Shown here: positions 61,052 to 64,000 of the stretch, piece by piece
Layout of the letters: every line of letters begins with the position of its first letter
Position numbering within the stretch: the stretch's first letter is position 1
DNA from: Phoronis australis
Lineage: Eukaryota; Animalia; Phoronida
DNA length: 64,000 nt
Direction of reading: 5' to 3'
Assembly (NCBI GenBank): GCA_002633005.1
Contig: NMRA01000371.1
Coordinates: 241,572 to 305,571, forward strand
Program-made: the position numbers and the translations under genes
The notes under the pieces: model-generated
The model's input: only the letters and a program-made list of their open reading frames with translations
Databases searched by the model: none
Told to the model about the DNA's origin: nothing

Positions 61052-63933
61052 CACACACACGTATCACCCTATATATGAATCACTTGATCAAAAATATGTT
61101 TAAATTAAATAAATGATGGTTATTCTGAGTATAAGTTCACATGCACATAATTTATAAATGTTCGCATATATGTATATTGTGCAAATTTCATTGAAAACAC
61201 GACTATTCTGTTTTTACGTTTTTAATTTTGGTTCTTTCAAACTCTCTAAATAGAGATCTTGTGTTGACATCACAACAGTGCAATCAGTAGGTAACGTAAT
61301 ACAAAGTGATATTTTGAGACACATGTCTCATATTCAGGCTAGTATTTACTACTCATAGTGAAACGCACATCAGAAATGACAAATACCGTGTATTCAATGA
61401 AATTTACGTACGAGAAAGATTACTGCCAAATTATAGTGATATGAGCATATTTAGGTGGTACGAAACTCCGGGGAGCGAAAGATAAGACGATCATCATAGG
61501 AAAGGAGTCCCATCATTAGATGTTTCAGCCTTTAAACTTCCCGACATCTTCTAGGACCCTGGCCACATCGGGGTCATGACTGCCCAAAATGGCCTCTGTG
61601 TTCATATGGGTCTGTATCTAGATGTTTTCTTGTGTACTACATTTCATGTGCATTTTCCAGACACTTGCCCCTGCACGGTATCCAATCATCTGGAATATAC
61701 AAGGGGAACTGTATCAACTGTGGCCATGTGTTCAAGTTTAAGTACACCAGCCAACCAAAGGACAGTATCACAATAACTGTCAATGGAACTCAACATCAAG
61801 GTAATGATATAAACTTAGTCTTTAGTGTTAAAACCAAAACTTAATGCTATATATCAAATGTATACCTCGATACCATACAGAGGAGTGTGGTCTCACACCA
61901 AACCATTTGCTACATGTGCATCTGAATTGAAGTTTGATGTCGGGGCAGAGGGTAAGCACATTTAGTGCACTACGTGGCTATGTTGCTCCAATAACAAAAA
62001 ATAGATTTCGGAAATAAAATGGTGCAACCAATGGGGATTAGTGGGGGTTGAAAATTTGGTGCAATAGGAGATTACAATCTCATCAAAATAATGCTTCCCA
62101 AAAGTCTTGAATTGCTGTTTGGCCAGGGCGTACCGTACTGTTGCCAGAATTCATTCTATGTCCTAAGAGACAAGAGCACCTCTCCTAGCCTAGTCTCGGA
62201 ATAGTAAGACAGGTAAATGCTTTTCCTGTGTCGTGAATGTGAGACTTCAGAAGTGTAATTATTGATTTTACATTATCCAATTGTTTCACTTTTTACGTTA
62301 GTTGCCACCACATTCACAACTCAGACGTCACTCAATACCTATCTTCGCAATGAACTGCACCTCAAAGGTACCAAGAAGATGTGCTTCGAGGGTGGGTGTG
62401 GCTGCTGTGTTGTCACAGCAACATACATTGATCCTGTGACAAAGAAGAGTAGATCACAGGCCATCAATTCGGTAACATGATTTTTCCTTTGCATGTTATT
62501 GGCTTGTCAGGGAACAACAGCGTAAAGTATCGTAGACGTACACAACATTTTTATAAAGTGTCATTTCAGTGTAACAATGCTGGTTGATTTAAAATTCTTT
62601 GTCCCATCACCGCTTAAGCTTTTTCGTCGTGATAACTGCTTTTGAATGTCTTGCGAGTAGTCGCAGTGATGAAAAGTGATCACGTTGAAGTCGACCATGT
62701 ACCATTGGTCCATGAGCTGATTCCAATGTGCCATTGGTCTGTGAGCTGTTTTTGATAATTCCTTAGATAATGTCATCGAAATGAACTGAAATATTAGATT
62801 AAGTTAAATGTAATCCGCAGAAAAAAATTGATTGTTAAATAAGACTAGTTGACACTTCTTGTTTTCTAATGGTAATGCTGTGGTCAGAATGAAGTACATA
62901 TTTTTGTCTTTTTCATGAACCTCTTTATTCTTACTTTATATAACTTTTCAAGTTGGCTACTTAGTAATAGCCTGAATTTAACTTTAAATTAACCATACCA
63001 TCAACAACGCTTGTTTTGAATTTCTTGTGCAGTGCTTGTGTCCTCTCTATGCCTGTGATGGTTGGGAGATTACCACTATTGAGGGCCTTGGTAATCACAA
63101 GACTGGATTTCACGCCATTCAAGAAAGACTCGCTGATAATAATGGAAGTCAATGTGGATACTGTAGTCCTGGCATGGTCATGAATATGTATGGGTCAGTA
63201 TTCTGCTGAAGGTTGTCACACTTTTCAACTGCACATTGTCTGTGGGCTGATTGGAACAGTGTGTAATTGTGCCAGCCTTGGTAACCTGCAATGTTGCAAA
63301 GGTCAACAGGCTATCTGCTTTCTATTTTCATCTAATTGAGCTAAGTAAAGTTTTTGTAAATTTAATAAAAAATGTAGTAGTGTTGTGTTTTTAGTTATGA
63401 CCGTGTTTCAAAATTGGGGATCTACTTTCAGGTTTTTACAAAATCATCCTACCGCTACAAAGCAAGGTATAGAAGATGCCTTTGATGGAAATATATGTCG
63501 CTGTACAGGTATTTTTCTACTTTTCTAGTTTACGCTCTCGTATGTATGTATGTCTGTGTGACTGTGTGTCTGCATGTCTGCATGTGTGTGTAATACAAAT
63601 AAACAAGAATTGGTTGCATTGTATCGGACATTGACACCATTCTACCATTGAGTTCTTAATGTCGAATAAGTAATTACTTTCAATATCAATATTTTCTTTG
63701 TCAAGATCCCTTATGAAAATTCATCATGTTGCATTTTTTTAATGTTGCGCACCTGTGTTCAGTTTTTGTAAACTAAGGTTTCTGGGTGTTGATTCATATT
63801 CATTTGAGGTTGTGTATTCTTCTTGTCATAAATGAAACAATATTCTTTAGGATTTCGACCCATTTTGGATGCCATGAAATCTTTTGGGCAGGATGCAGTT
63901 CAGACTGATATTGGCGCACCTGTTGATATTGAG
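59022..63933 (+). CDS. Xanthine dehydrogenase / aldehyde oxidase family molybdo-flavoenzyme (5' part; continues beyond the right edge)
   Basis: Exons 59022-59086 (inferred), 61661-61801, 62302-62471, 63033-63193, 63432-63508 and 63851-63933 encode the two 2Fe-2S domains: [95 protein letters not shown] versus AOX cannot be decided from this part. Confidence 0.93.
60999..61040. repeat. (CACG)n-(CA)n microsatellite
   Basis: Direct inspection. Confidence 0.95.
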
Positions 63934-64000
63934 GTATGATTTAATATCATGTGGACTGTGTAGTAAGTGCAGTTCAGCCTGATCTTGGCACACCTGTTGA

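Overview
Intron-rich, AT-rich animal (invertebrate-like) genomic DNA. Almost all ORFs in the supplied track are spurious, so I rebuilt the genes exon by exon from splice sites and reading frame. The window holds five genes: (1) the 5' part of a PDZ-domain STXBP4-like gene (minus strand, running off the left edge); (2) a complete UBL3 gene head-to-head with it (plus strand, 5 coding exons, 15.9-kb first intron, CAAX end); (3) a small orphan single-pass membrane protein gene with a probable 12-nt microexon (minus strand); (4) a complete 13-exon TMEM144 with one GC-AG intron (minus strand); (5) the 5' part of a xanthine dehydrogenase/aldehyde oxidase gene head-to-head with TMEM144 (plus strand, running off the right edge). 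A 5'-truncated Penelope-like retroelement (RT + GIY-YIG) with inverted pseudo-LTRs, a 13-bp TSD and minimal hammerhead motifs lies at 38-40 kb. There are many minisatellites, MITEs and dispersed repeats. The most notable observations are an apparent CxxC-x19-CxxC zinc ribbon at the N-terminus of the XDH/AOX, and tandem repeats that start in exon ends and copy 5' splice sites in three genes. All family assignments are from recognition of motifs, not from database searches.
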